Assembly (NCBI GenBank): GCA_016196125.1 | Contig: JACPYG010000006.1 | Coordinates: 54,511 to 118,510, forward strand | Origin: Candidatus Staskawiczbacteria bacterium | GTDB taxonomy: Bacteria; Patescibacteriota; Minisyncoccia; Minisyncoccales; Staskawiczbacteraceae | Direction of reading: 5' to 3' | DNA length: 64,000 nucleotides | Made by a program: the position numbers and the translations under genes | The notes under the pieces: generated by a model | The model's input: the letters and a program-made list of their open reading frames with translations, nothing else | Databases searched by the model: none | What the model was told of the DNA's origin: nothing | Shown here: positions 30,624-40,656 of the stretch, in pieces | Numbering within the stretch: the stretch's first letter is position 1 | Layout of the letters: each line of letters begins with the position of its first letter

Positions 30624-31585
30624 GTAATTAAATGTTTTATTTGTTCTTTATCTAGCCATTTAGTATTGGAGTCTGATGAATACAAAAACTTATCAACAGT
30701 TTCTTTGCCATCTTGATGATTTTTGGTGTCCCAAAAAGAGAATTCCGGCGTAATAATAAAATATTCTTCAAATTCTTTAGCATTGCGAGATTCTTCGGCA
30801 GTTAATAACACCTCGTGTATTTTTTCACCAGGTCTTATGCCAATTATTTTTCTTTTTACTCCGGGAGCAATTGCTTCCGCCAAATCAGTAATTTTGGTGC
30901 TAGGAATTTTAGGAATAAATATTTCTCCGCCCTTCATATTTTCAATACATTTTACAACAAAGCGAACACCCTGATCTAATGTAATCCAAAATCGTGTCAT
31001 TGTTTCATCGGTAATAGTAATCTCTCCCATTTCTTTTTGTTTTTGAAATAAAGGCACCACGCTTCCGCTACTTCCGATTACATTTCCATAGCGAGCCACG
31101 CTAAACATAGTTTTACGATCTCCCGAATAACTATTGCCTTGCACAAAAAGCTTTTCAGCAACCATTTTAGTTGCCCCATAGAGATTCACCGGCTGCACTG
31201 CTTTGTCGGTGCTAATCAATATTGCTTTTTGGACGCCATTATTAATAGCTCCATCGATAACATTAACGGTTCCATCGATATTTGTTTTTATAGCTTCAAT
31301 AGGATTGTATTCGCATATCGGCACATGCTTTAAGGCTGCCGCGTGCACTACAATATCAACACCGTTAAAGGCCCTATGAAGCCTATTTGTATCGCGAATA
31401 TCTCCGATAAAAAATCTCAACCGTGGATCCTTTATCTCTCTTTCCATTTCAACTTGGGCTAACTCTCTATTGTCGTAGATTCTAACACTTTTAGGGTTGC
31501 ACTCTTTTAAAATAATTTTTGCAAATTCTTGGCCAAAAGAACCTACGCCTCCCGTAATTAAAATTGTTTTGTTGCCTAAGCTCAT
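30620..31585 (-). CDS. pseB: UDP-GlcNAc 4,6-dehydratase (inverting)
   Basis: HAAALKHVP..EYNP, STDKA..P.NLYGATK, RYGNV.GS, GIRPGEK.HE. Confidence 0.93.
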   Translation of the reverse strand: MSLGNKTILITGGVGSFGQEFAKIILKECNPKSVRIYDNRELAQVEMEREIKDPRLRFFIGDIRDTNRLHRAFNGVDIVVHAAALKHVPICEYNPIEAIKTNIDGTVNVIDGAINNGVQKAILISTDKAVQPVNLYGATKMVAEKLFVQGNSYSGDRKTMFSVARYGNVIGSSGSVVPLFQKQKEMGEITITDETMTRFWITLDQGVRFVVKCIENMKGGEIFIPKIPSTKITDLAEAIAPGVKRKIIGIRPGEKIHEVLLTAEESRNAKEFEEYFIITPEFSFWDTKNHQDGKETVDKFLYSSDSNTKWLDKEQIKHLIT

Positions 31586-31595
31586 ATTTTTGTAT

Positions 31596-31844
31596 TTACC
31601 ATTTTTTAATAGCATTTTTAACCCTTTCCTTGATTGTTAAATAAACTCTGTCTCCTTTTCCCATGGTTTCCGGAGAAACTAATCTTAAAATTTCTCTTCC
31701 CCAAATTCTATATTGACCGCTAACTTTATAGGTGTTGATAATACCGCCTTTAATCATTCTCTTCATTGTGCTTTCGCTAATTTTTAAAAAATCGCGAGCT
31801 TCTTTCGGAGTATATATTTTACCCGGTTTAATTTCGTCTGTCAT
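31596..31844 (-). CDS. Small MerR-like/excisionase-type HTH DNA-binding protein (BldC-like)
   Basis: YTPKEARDFLKISESTMKRMIKGG.I...KV.GQYRI (HTH_17 pattern). Confidence 0.85.
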   Translation of the reverse strand: MTDEIKPGKIYTPKEARDFLKISESTMKRMIKGGIINTYKVSGQYRIWGREILRLVSPETMGKGDRVYLTIKERVKNAIKKW

Positions 31845-31850
31845 AACTAA

Positions 31851-31901
31851 ATACTAAACCCCTCAAAATATGGTGTCAATAGGTGTCAAAAGAGGTCAAT
31901 A
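31851..31901 (-). promoter_or_regulatory. Sigma70 promoter TTGACA-17-TAGTAT overlapped by three 10-bp phased direct repeats
   Basis: -35 at 31874-79, -10 at 31851-56, ATG 6 nt later; ggtgtcaata/ggtgtcaaaa/gaggtcaata starting at 31872, 31882 and 31892. Confidence 0.75.
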
Positions 31902-31906
31902 AGTTC

Positions 31907-32842
31907 TTAATTATTTTTATCGTACCAATCAATGGTTAATTTTATGCCGTTTTCCAAATCATATTCAGGTTTATACCCCAACATTTTTTTGGCTTTGGAA
32001 ATATCGGCAATAAATCTTACTACTTCCCCTTGCCGATTCTTTCCGAGAAAAATCCGGCTTTTGCTTTGCAAATTTTTTTTAATCAGTTTTGCCGCATCAA
32101 TAAGCTTTGAGCCCTTTCCAAAAGCGATATTAAAAGTATTATTTTTTACATTATCAAATTTTTCTACGCACTTAATAATTCCTTCCACGCAATCATCAAT
32201 ATAGGTAAAATCCAAAACTTTATCTTTTCCAAAAATCTCTATATTTTTGTTTTTCTTCATTTTTCTTAAAATAAGTGGAATGAACCTTTCACTTTGGTCG
32301 TACATGCCATACACATTGGAAAATCTGCAAATAATATAATTTATGCCGTAACATTTGAAAAAAGAGTAAATTAAAACTTCGTCTGAAATTTTGCTCGCCG
32401 CGTAAGGGCTTTCGCACCGCTCTATATCAACATCCGTTTCTTTAGAAACCATTTCTTTCTTATTTCCATAGGTTTCCCTGCTTGAAGAAAAAATAATTCT
32501 CTTTATATTATTTTTTCTGGCAAACTCTAACACATTATAAGTGGTAATTACGTTATCTCGCGCTAAATCTGGATTTACCACCAAATCATAAACCCTTGGG
32601 TTTGCCGCTAAATGCACAACCATATCGATATCATTAGGTATTTTTTCTATATCTTCTTTTTTTAATAAATCTCCGATTATAGTGAGCCTGTTTAATCTCC
32701 CGCTCCACTTGTTGTGATTTTTATCAAAACCAATAACATCGTGACTTTTTTCCAAAAGCTTTTCAAAAAGCCGTGTGCCAATTGTTCCGGAAGACCCGGT
32801 AATTAAAATTTTCTTTTTTTTATTTTCTGGAGAATGAGACAT
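31907..32842 (-). CDS. NAD-dependent epimerase/dehydratase
   Basis: ITGSSGTIG, SSSRETYG, SPYAASK, DFTYIDD. Confidence 0.88.
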   Translation of the reverse strand: MSHSPENKKKKILITGSSGTIGTRLFEKLLEKSHDVIGFDKNHNKWSGRLNRLTIIGDLLKKEDIEKIPNDIDMVVHLAANPRVYDLVVNPDLARDNVITTYNVLEFARKNNIKRIIFSSSRETYGNKKEMVSKETDVDIERCESPYAASKISDEVLIYSFFKCYGINYIICRFSNVYGMYDQSERFIPLILRKMKKNKNIEIFGKDKVLDFTYIDDCVEGIIKCVEKFDNVKNNTFNIAFGKGSKLIDAAKLIKKNLQSKSRIFLGKNRQGEVVRFIADISKAKKMLGYKPEYDLENGIKLTIDWYDKNN

Positions 32843-32898
32843 AAAATGTTAGAACGAAATGAATAATATTTTATTGGCGAACAAGCGACTAAAATATG

Positions 32899-33786
32899 CT
32901 ATGCATATTGTTTATTTTTAAAAGATTTATTTTTATCGAAATATTTATATGGCGGTGAACCAAAAAATAACTTTCTTATTTGAAGAATGATGGGTCCTAA
33001 TTTTTTCCTAAAAGGTATAAAAGAATAACAATAACTGGCCCAACAAAATAAAACAGCTTTCTTATAGTTAGGATAACTATTCATATATTTTTTTCTTAAT
33101 GTCAAGTTTACCTTCACATTCCTTCTTATTTTGTAATTTCTATAGTGATAAGGGTCGTCATGTTCCTGGTCTAAATAAAATACAAAGAATTCTTGGAAGT
33201 TATAAAATTTACCTACCTTCCCCATTTTTAACCACAAATCCCAATCTTCTATAAAAGCGAACTGCTCGTCATAACCCCCAACTTTTTGAAAAGTATCTTT
33301 TCTGAAAAGAACTGTAGTATGGGCAAATACATTATTGATTAAAATTGCCTTTCTAATGCGTTCATCCTCTCTTGGCAGCAAGTACCGCACAATTTCTTTG
33401 CCATTTTTATCTACTTTTATCACACCGCCTCCCACCAAGCAATATTCCGGATTTTTTTCCAAGAACTCTACTTGTTTTTCTATTTTTTTATCATCACACC
33501 AAACATCATCATCATCTAAACGAGCAATATATTTTCCCTGCGCCATTTTAACGCCTTTATTTAAAGAGGCGACTATGCCTAAATTAATTTTATTGCATAA
33601 AATAGTTATTTTTGGATTATGCTTGGCAAAACTGCTAATTAATTCGCCGGTGGTATCTGTTGAAGCATCATTGACGATAATCAATTCTAAATTTTTATAA
33701 CTTTGCCTCCAAACGCTTTCTATGGCCTTGGCAATATACTTTGCTCTATTATAAGTAGGTAAAATTATTGAAACTAATGGAATCAT
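32899..33786 (-). CDS. Glycosyltransferase family 2
   Basis: VSIILPTYN, DASTD, ARLDDDD, EDWDLW. Confidence 0.92.
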   Translation of the reverse strand: MIPLVSIILPTYNRAKYIAKAIESVWRQSYKNLELIIVNDASTDTTGELISSFAKHNPKITILCNKINLGIVASLNKGVKMAQGKYIARLDDDDVWCDDKKIEKQVEFLEKNPEYCLVGGGVIKVDKNGKEIVRYLLPREDERIRKAILINNVFAHTTVLFRKDTFQKVGGYDEQFAFIEDWDLWLKMGKVGKFYNFQEFFVFYLDQEHDDPYHYRNYKIRRNVKVNLTLRKKYMNSYPNYKKAVLFCWASYCYSFIPFRKKLGPIILQIRKLFFGSPPYKYFDKNKSFKNKQYA

Positions 33787-33789
33787 TTT

Positions 33790-35001
33790 TTAATTTTGGT
33801 TCATTAATTTTTGAAAAACGTCTTCATATTGTTTTATGTTTTTTTCTACTGAAAAATATCTTACTCTCTTTATGCCCTCTTTTGAAAAACTCTGCCTTAA
33901 AGAAGAATCTGATAGAACCCTTATAATTGCTTTTGACAAAGATTTGTAATCTCCTACTGGAACTAAAATTCCGCTTTTGCCATTCTCAATAATTTCTCCG
34001 GGACCCGATTTGCAATCAGTTGAAATAACCGGCGTTCCGCAAGCCATAGCTTCAACCAATACATTTCCAAATCCTTCATGTATAGAAGATAAAACAAACA
34101 CCGAGGCATTTTTCATGTACTTGAAGGGATTTTTCTGAAATCCAAGAAATGCAACTTTGTCAGAAATTCCAAGTTCTTTGGCCAGTTTTTCTAATTCTCC
34201 CCGGTCTTTCCCTTCGCCTAAAATAGCCAGGCGGGCTGGCATAGTCTTTAAAACCAAATTGAATGCGCAAAGCAAAGTGGGAAAATCTTTTTGATTGATC
34301 AATCTTCCAGCTCCTAAAATAAGAGGGGGGGTTGCTTGCGAAAACCAAGGGTGGTTTACCGGTTCTTTTGACCAATTCTGGATTCTATCGGCCGCCACGG
34401 GATAATATATTACCTTAACCTTGTCAGGAATCTTGACCACATCCAAAATACTTTCCGCCACGCCTTCTGATGCGCAAATCACCGAATCGGATAATGGATA
34501 AAAAATCCGCATTAAATGTGGCAGGATAAACATGCCGAAGAATCTGCGGTACAAACTTCTTGCGTTACTGGCAAGGCCAAAAAAGTGATTATGGTCTGTC
34601 AAAACAACTTTTACTTTTGCCCCCGAAAGAACTTTTGCCATCATGGCAAGAACATTAATGTGGGGAAAGGCAGCAACAAAAATATCCGGACGCTCTTTCC
34701 TAAGATATGCTATTAATTTAAAAAGCGCGCTTTTGATATAGGGATTGCTTAAATTTACCACGCAAATATTCTTTGGGATTTCTCGCGTAAAGCTTTCCTC
34801 TATTTTTAAGCCGACAAATGATACTGCGTATTTGTTTTGATCAATATTGTCAGTAATATTTCTCACCCATCTTGCCATTGCGGCATTTCTAAAAATAGTG
34901 TAAAAATAAGCAACTTTCACTCTGTTAAATTGTTTCGCATCCTGCGAAATACCGCTAAAAGCGGATTTAACAGGGTTAATTTTTTTAAATTCCCCTGTCA
35001 T
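33790..35001 (-). CDS. Glycosyltransferase family 4 with a 20-aa N-terminal element insertion
   Basis: GRL..QK, SSIHEGFGNVLVEAMACG. Confidence 0.92.
   Translation of the reverse strand: MTGEFKKINPVKSAFSGISQDAKQFNRVKVAYFYTIFRNAAMARWVRNITDNIDQNKYAVSFVGLKIEESFTREIPKNICVVNLSNPYIKSALFKLIAYLRKERPDIFVAAFPHINVLAMMAKVLSGAKVKVVLTDHNHFFGLASNARSLYRRFFGMFILPHLMRIFYPLSDSVICASEGVAESILDVVKIPDKVKVIYYPVAADRIQNWSKEPVNHPWFSQATPPLILGAGRLINQKDFPTLLCAFNLVLKTMPARLAILGEGKDRGELEKLAKELGISDKVAFLGFQKNPFKYMKNASVFVLSSIHEGFGNVLVEAMACGTPVISTDCKSGPGEIIENGKSGILVPVGDYKSLSKAIIRVLSDSSLRQSFSKEGIKRVRYFSVEKNIKQYEDVFQKLMNQN
34920..34975. mobile_element. MITE-like hairpin element inserted in frame (56 bp + 4-bp near-TSD)
   Basis: TIR ctctgttaaat/atttaacaggg; flanks TTCA/TTAA; internal hairpins tttcgca-tgcgaaa and ccgct-agcgg. 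Confidence 0.75.
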
Positions 35002-36436
35002 TTTTTTGTAAATTTATAAAGTAAAAAAATAGAATGAAATAAGTTAATATTCCTATTAATACGGAATAAAAAATATTTAGATTATTAACTGCCGGCAGAT
35101 TGATTATAAAAAACATTACAAGGCTGGAAAAACCGGCCATAACAATAGTTTTTATAAATTTTGCATTGAAAATAGAAATGGGAGTAAAATACTTTGCAAC
35201 AATAATAGTTAGAAACAAAATAATTAAAGAAGAGATTATTGTAGAAATTATCATTCCATAAAAACCGTATATTGGTATGATAATAATGCCTAAAATAGAA
35301 CTCATTACAACTCCTGCAACTATTAAGAAAAAATTCTTTTTTTGTTCGTCGCAAACAATTAAAATTAGACTGAAAGGATAACTAATAAGACTAATGCCAA
35401 TAAGGTACATTAAAAGCTGGAAGGCTAAAATAGAGGGGTTGAAATTTGAACCATAAAAGAAATGTATGATTTTTGGCGCCAACACAATACCTCCCGTTAC
35501 CGTAGGAATGGTTAAAAAAATCATTACTTCCATTAAATGATCCCAGCTTTTTTGAAGCTTTTCTTTAGAATGAATAAAAAAATTACTCAATGCCGGATAA
35601 AAACTTCTGATAATTAAATCTGCCGGTACAACAGCGGCTAACGCTATTTTAGAAGCCGCGCTATACCAACCATTTTCTGCAATCAAACCAAAATATCCCA
35701 GAAAAATAGATGAAACAGACATATAAATCCAACTTGTCGTAAAACCCAAAGTTAAAGGCCAAGATATTTTTAAAATGCTAAAAATATTCTTGTTCCAACT
35801 TAATCTCAAAGGAATAAAATAAAAATGAAAAAGCAATAAAAGAAAGGGTAAGGCAACTACATTAGAGAGTAAATAACCATAACTTAAGTTGATAGCTGAA
35901 GGAAAATAAAAAATTACAAAAAATACCGCCCCGGCCATGATAATATTTTGCGCAATTTTGATACCGGCCTCATATTCCATTTTTTGCCGGCTTCTTAAAA
36001 AAGCATAAAAAATCCCAAAAAAACTGCTAATTAAAATAAAAAAAGACAGAATCCAAATCATTTTTTGGATTGCTAAATCCGCAGTTATAAAAAAAGAGCC
36101 CAGTATCATTAATAAAAGCGCTCCAACAGTCAAAGTAATATTTAATGTGAGAAGGGATGAAAATTCTTTTTCCTTCTCCTTATTACGGGAAAATTCCCGA
36201 GTCACCACATCAATTACGCCTAAGTCGGAGAAAAGAACTATAACCGATACAAAAGAAAATGCAAACATAAATTTACCATATTCCACCACGCCCAAAATCC
36301 TGGCTACATAAATAATCAGTATTAGACCCAAAATTCTTGATGTTATTTCAGCAAAAACCAGCCAAAAAGTATTTTTAAAAATGGTCTGCCTGATGCCAAT
36401 ATTTTCTAAAAAGACTTTTTTGATGTTTATATCCAT
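34985..36436 (-). CDS. wzx: Wzx-type flippase (second copy)
   Basis: KNTFWL, ARILG..EYG, SDLG, GWYSAA; many TM segments. Confidence 0.85.
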   Translation of the reverse strand: MDINIKKVFLENIGIRQTIFKNTFWLVFAEITSRILGLILIIYVARILGVVEYGKFMFAFSFVSVIVLFSDLGVIDVVTREFSRNKEKEKEFSSLLTLNITLTVGALLLMILGSFFITADLAIQKMIWILSFFILISSFFGIFYAFLRSRQKMEYEAGIKIAQNIIMAGAVFFVIFYFPSAINLSYGYLLSNVVALPFLLLLFHFYFIPLRLSWNKNIFSILKISWPLTLGFTTSWIYMSVSSIFLGYFGLIAENGWYSAASKIALAAVVPADLIIRSFYPALSNFFIHSKEKLQKSWDHLMEVMIFLTIPTVTGGIVLAPKIIHFFYGSNFNPSILAFQLLMYLIGISLISYPFSLILIVCDEQKKNFFLIVAGVVMSSILGIIIIPIYGFYGMIISTIISSLIILFLTIIVAKYFTPISIFNAKFIKTIVMAGFSSLVMFFIINLPAVNNLNIFYSVLIGILTYFILFFYFINLQKNDRGI

Positions 36437-36463
36437 TTATTTTTTAATTTTTAGCAAAAACTA

Positions 36464-37378
36464 TCATTGGTTTTCTGCGAAAACTATCATTTCAAAATCT
36501 TTTTTAAAAAAGGGCTTTAGCAAAAAACTGGCCGCATAAACAACAGTATATATTGAAAAAACCGATATGGTATAAAGCAGCATCTGAATAGATTTTTCTT
36601 TTTTTAATTTTGGCAATAACCATGTTCCTCCGAGCTCATGCCTCAAAGAAACATTACCGTATTCTACCTCTAAAGTTTTAAAATCTAATTTATGCATGAA
36701 TCTTTTAAAATTATCTTCTGAAAAAAGATATAAATGATAAGGAGGTATTAATACCGACCAAGGCATTTTTAACGAATGGCATATGAATCGAGTGGCTTTA
36801 AACCAAAAACAATCTATATTTGGGGTTGAAATAACAATTATTCCCCCTTTTTTCAATATCCTTTTACATTCTGAAAGCAAAGCAAGCGGGTCTACAACAT
36901 GTTCAATAATATCCCCCAAATATATTACTGAAAAATAATTGTTTTTAAAGTTTGCATCTTCTAAAAAACCATTAAAAACATTCAACTTATTACTGGCCGC
37001 AATGCCCGCAGTATATGCATTGGCCTCAACGCCATAGACATTAAACCCATATTTTTTTGCCAAAAACAAAAACTCGCCATTGGCGCAGCCCACATCAAGT
37101 AGATTGCCTTTTATGCCAAAATCAGCCAGTTTATCAATAATTTTTATAAAATTTTTGTCATATTTTTTAATTTTTTTTAAGTTTTCAACCAATTTATGGT
37201 GATATCCGGATTCTTCTGAATAAAAATTGGCGATGAGTTCTTTGGTATCTGGCAACGGATTCATAAATACTAATTTGCAATCATCACATTTTAAAAAAAC
37301 ATACTCATCTTTTTTTGAAAAAAAAGATATATGACTTAAATTACATATCGGACACTCTTTGGTTTCTTTTACGGCCAT
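36464..37378 (-). CDS. Class I SAM-dependent methyltransferase with N-terminal CxxC pairs
   Basis: CPIC..CDDC, LLDVGCANG, IIEHV.DP, PPYHL. Confidence 0.88.
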   Translation of the reverse strand: MAVKETKECPICNLSHISFFSKKDEYVFLKCDDCKLVFMNPLPDTKELIANFYSEESGYHHKLVENLKKIKKYDKNFIKIIDKLADFGIKGNLLDVGCANGEFLFLAKKYGFNVYGVEANAYTAGIAASNKLNVFNGFLEDANFKNNYFSVIYLGDIIEHVVDPLALLSECKRILKKGGIIVISTPNIDCFWFKATRFICHSLKMPWSVLIPPYHLYLFSEDNFKRFMHKLDFKTLEVEYGNVSLRHELGGTWLLPKLKKEKSIQMLLYTISVFSIYTVVYAASFLLKPFFKKDFEMIVFAENQ

Positions 37379-37383
37379 TCTAA

Positions 37384-37824
37384 CTACTTAATATTAACTT
37401 TGCCTAATAATTCAGATGAACTTTGGACTTTATTCCCGCCTACATTATTAACCACCTTTATATTGAATTTTTCACATACCAATCTCTCTGATTCCGGGAT
37501 ATTATCTATGTTCCTGTCTCCGCCCTTGGCAAAATACAATTCTCCTATGGATTTTTTGGCTATAAATTCTAAAGATTTGGCAACAGTAATATCCTTATCT
37601 ATGGAAAGAAATACCTCGTCGACATAATTTAAAACCTTTATTATCTCAACTCTTTCTTTTTCTGACATAAACGGCACACTCCCCTTGACTTTTACCTGCT
37701 TATCGTTATTTACAATAACAACCAAAAAATCACCGAGTTTTTTGGCTTCCCTTATCAAGTTAATATGACCGATGTGCATTGGATTAAAAAATCCGGATGT
37801 AATTACTATTTTTTTAGCCTCCAT
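37384..37824 (-). CDS. Cytidylyltransferase (CTP_transf_like; TagD/RfaE-II-like)
   Basis: SGFFNPMHIGH (HxGH), KGGDR, QSSS. Confidence 0.85.
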   Translation of the reverse strand: MEAKKIVITSGFFNPMHIGHINLIREAKKLGDFLVVIVNNDKQVKVKGSVPFMSEKERVEIIKVLNYVDEVFLSIDKDITVAKSLEFIAKKSIGELYFAKGGDRNIDNIPESERLVCEKFNIKVVNNVGGNKVQSSSELLGKVNIK

Positions 37825-37921
37825 ATATGGTTAAATTTACTATATTTTCGGTTTTTTTACAAGGCATTATTTATGTTAAAAATCTGTTTAATTCATTATC
37901 TTTATGATACGATACAGTTGA

Positions 37922-40543
37922 ATGAATATGAAAATAAACAACAACATAAACCAAGTGCTATTTTTTGGAGTTTGCTTTATTTTATTTTTACCCATCATAG
38001 TCCTTCCGCCAGACTTCCAGCCCTCCGACTGGACAAGGTCAATATTGTTTAGAATTATTATAACCGCACTTGTTTCTTTTTTATTTTTTAAATTTTTCTA
38101 TAAAAAAAGTATCTCCATAGAGTTACCGGCATGGAACAAATCTCTTTACCTGCCAATGCTCATCCTATCGGTATTTTTTATCACTTTAATCATAGCAACC
38201 ATATTTTCACAGGATATTTCATTTAGTATTTTCGGATCTCCGCTTCGCGCTGGCGGAGTGTTGAATTTACTGTTTTTCTTTATTTTTTCTATTATTTTAG
38301 CCCTTTTTATAGATAAAAATCACTGGGAAAAATTATTTAATATATTGTTTATTACAGGAGGCATAACATCATTGTTGGCCATTATACAATATTTTAACCT
38401 TCTAAAAAATATTTTTATTTCTTACGAAGAGGGTTCAACCCCTTCCTTTCTTGGAAACTCCACCGTATTGGCAATTTATATGCTTTTTCTGACTTTTTTG
38501 GCTTTTGTTTTTTTTATTCAAAAACAAAAAAGGAGAGAAAAATTATTGTATGGAGCATTATTTCTTTTATTTATTTTCACTATTTTTATCACTGGTTCAA
38601 GAGCGGCGTACCTTGGATTATTAGCCGGATTTTTATACTTTTTCTTCTTTTATCCGGCTACAAACGAAATACAAGCGCAATCAACGGAAAAATCCGGCAA
38701 ATGGCATTACTTAAAACTAAAAACTCTAAAAATAATTGCCGCTTCTTTTTTGATATTAGCCATTATTACAGTTTTATTCTTCAATTTTTTTCCCCAATTT
38801 GGGGAAAAAAATAGCTTCTTTAAAATACTGACAAGCCGCTTATCCATAGAAAAAATTGCGATGGATATTTTGGGAACAAGGCTTCCGGTATGGAAAATGA
38901 CATTAGAAGCGATAAAAGACAGGCCTCTTTTGGGATGGGGTCCCGAAAATTTTTATATTGGTTTTGAAAAATATTATGACCCCACACCATTCAGCCATCC
39001 GGTACTATTGTGGGACAGGCCCCACAACATAATTTTGGATATTGCCGTAAGTTCTGGCATATTTTCTTTGTTGATTTATTTGTTTTTTTGGATTTCTCTT
39101 TTTTGGCAATTGCAAAAAATAAAACACATTGAAAAAAATGCCGATTATTACGATGAAAATATACTAAAAACGCATGGAGTTCAATCTATGTTTATTGGTT
39201 ATTTAATAGTGCTTTTTTTTAATTTTGACAGTTTTGCGTCATATTTAATTTCTTTCTTTTTCATTGGTTATTCTTTTTATTTAATTTCTAACCGAGAAAA
39301 AAGATTAATTATTTTGCCTCTTCGTAATGTTTTTTTTAGAAAAAAATTATTGGTTTTTATTTGTTTTACAATGGTAATTATATTTCTATGGTTTTGGAAT
39401 ATAAAACCCTTATATCTTGGTGAAAAAATCACCCATGCTAAAAATTTATCCAGTGAGAGACGTTGCAAAAAAGCTTTTGATATATCAAATGGCGAAAACT
39501 GGGAAAAATCCGGTGTTTTAAGACCTTACGCCATTTTAATGTATTCCGATATTGTAAAAAGTTGCGCTTTTACGGAGCCTGAAAAAGAAGTTGAATATTC
39601 AAAAAAAGTGGTTTCTTTGCTGAAAATAGCGGCAGATGCCAAACCAAAATTTTCAAGAATCTGGCTTTTTATGGGCAGTTTTACAAATGTATTGGCGGCA
39701 AGAGAAGAAAATCCAGACAATAAAAATACGCTGATTAAAGAAGCAATAGAAAACCTCCAAAAATCTCTTCAATTAAGCCCCGGGCGACAGGAATCGTTAG
39801 CAGAAACAGAAAAAAGCCATTTAATAGCGCAGGACTATTCTGCAATGAAAAAGACGGGCGAAGATTGCATTGCGATAGACCCGCGATTTGGCGAGTGTTA
39901 TTGGTATTTAGGCCTTGCGCAAATATTTTTAAATGAACAAGAAGAAGGTAAACAAAATATAGACTTGGCAATTGCCAATGGCTATAATTATAATCCTATA
40001 TATAAGCAATTGGCTGTCGCTTATATGAGCCAAAAAAATTGGAAAGAGGCGGTTTTGGCCTATGAAAAACTCCGTCCAGCCAACGATACATCTGCCGCCG
40101 CCAGCTACTTTGCCACCCTTGCTTTTTTATACGATAAGGCCGGGAACTATGAAAAAGCCGGGTTAACCGCAATTGAAGTTTTTAAGCTTCAGCCTGAAAA
40201 TCCAGAAACCTTGCCATTCATAAAGTTATTGCTTGGCAAAAGGCCTAATAATCCAATTTTAAACTCATCATTGGCTTTCATTTACTTTAAACCAGGCCCA
40301 AAACAAGAGCTTTCCAAGGCTCGTGCCATTTATCTTCAATTATTAAGTAACGACCCCAACAATACTGAGTATCTTTCATACCTCATTTTAATCCACCACC
40401 AACTAAAAGAGCACGAGATGACCTATTTAAGAGCTGTCCAATTGATACGGTTAAATCCCCCGTCAAAAATAGGGATGGAAGAATTAATAAAAACACTGCC
40501 TTCTGGGTATTGGGAACGGTATTTACGCGAAACTCAACAATAG
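37922..40543 (+). CDS. O-antigen ligase (Wzy_C) family membrane protein with C-terminal TPRs; putative O-oligosaccharyltransferase
   Basis: Multi-TM; TGSRAA, R..VW, RPLLGWGPENF, DRPHN motifs; helical TPR-like tail. Confidence 0.85.
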   Translation: MNMKINNNINQVLFFGVCFILFLPIIVLPPDFQPSDWTRSILFRIIITALVSFLFFKFFYKKSISIELPAWNKSLYLPMLILSVFFITLIIATIFSQDISFSIFGSPLRAGGVLNLLFFFIFSIILALFIDKNHWEKLFNILFITGGITSLLAIIQYFNLLKNIFISYEEGSTPSFLGNSTVLAIYMLFLTFLAFVFFIQKQKRREKLLYGALFLLFIFTIFITGSRAAYLGLLAGFLYFFFFYPATNEIQAQSTEKSGKWHYLKLKTLKIIAASFLILAIITVLFFNFFPQFGEKNSFFKILTSRLSIEKIAMDILGTRLPVWKMTLEAIKDRPLLGWGPENFYIGFEKYYDPTPFSHPVLLWDRPHNIILDIAVSSGIFSLLIYLFFWISLFWQLQKIKHIEKNADYYDENILKTHGVQSMFIGYLIVLFFNFDSFASYLISFFFIGYSFYLISNREKRLIILPLRNVFFRKKLLVFICFTMVIIFLWFWNIKPLYLGEKITHAKNLSSERRCKKAFDISNGENWEKSGVLRPYAILMYSDIVKSCAFTEPEKEVEYSKKVVSLLKIAADAKPKFSRIWLFMGSFTNVLAAREENPDNKNTLIKEAIENLQKSLQLSPGRQESLAETEKSHLIAQDYSAMKKTGEDCIAIDPRFGECYWYLGLAQIFLNEQEEGKQNIDLAIANGYNYNPIYKQLAVAYMSQKNWKEAVLAYEKLRPANDTSAAASYFATLAFLYDKAGNYEKAGLTAIEVFKLQPENPETLPFIKLLLGKRPNNPILNSSLAFIYFKPGPKQELSKARAIYLQLLSNDPNNTEYLSYLILIHHQLKEHEMTYLRAVQLIRLNPPSKIGMEELIKTLPSGYWERYLRETQQ

Positions 40544-40617
40544 ATAAGTTGGTAACCTGTACCTAAATCATATAATTCAATGGCGGTAATCTGATGATTC
40601 CACGAAACCAAAAAGTA

Positions 40618-40656
40618 AATTTAAGCAAGAATTTAAGCAAGAACGGTTCTTGCTTA
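40618..40656. repeat. Left palindrome of the Y1 transposase plus an outer half-site duplication
   Basis: taagcaagaacggttcttgctta at 40634-40656; tandem aatttaagcaag x2 at 40618-40641; contains the transposase stop codon. Confidence 0.85.

Noticed and set aside
38652-38698. ATCCGGC direct repeat around a hydrophilic loop in the ligase
   Set aside because: The spacing of 40 bp is not a codon multiple and there is no inverted repeat, so it is not supported as an insertion.
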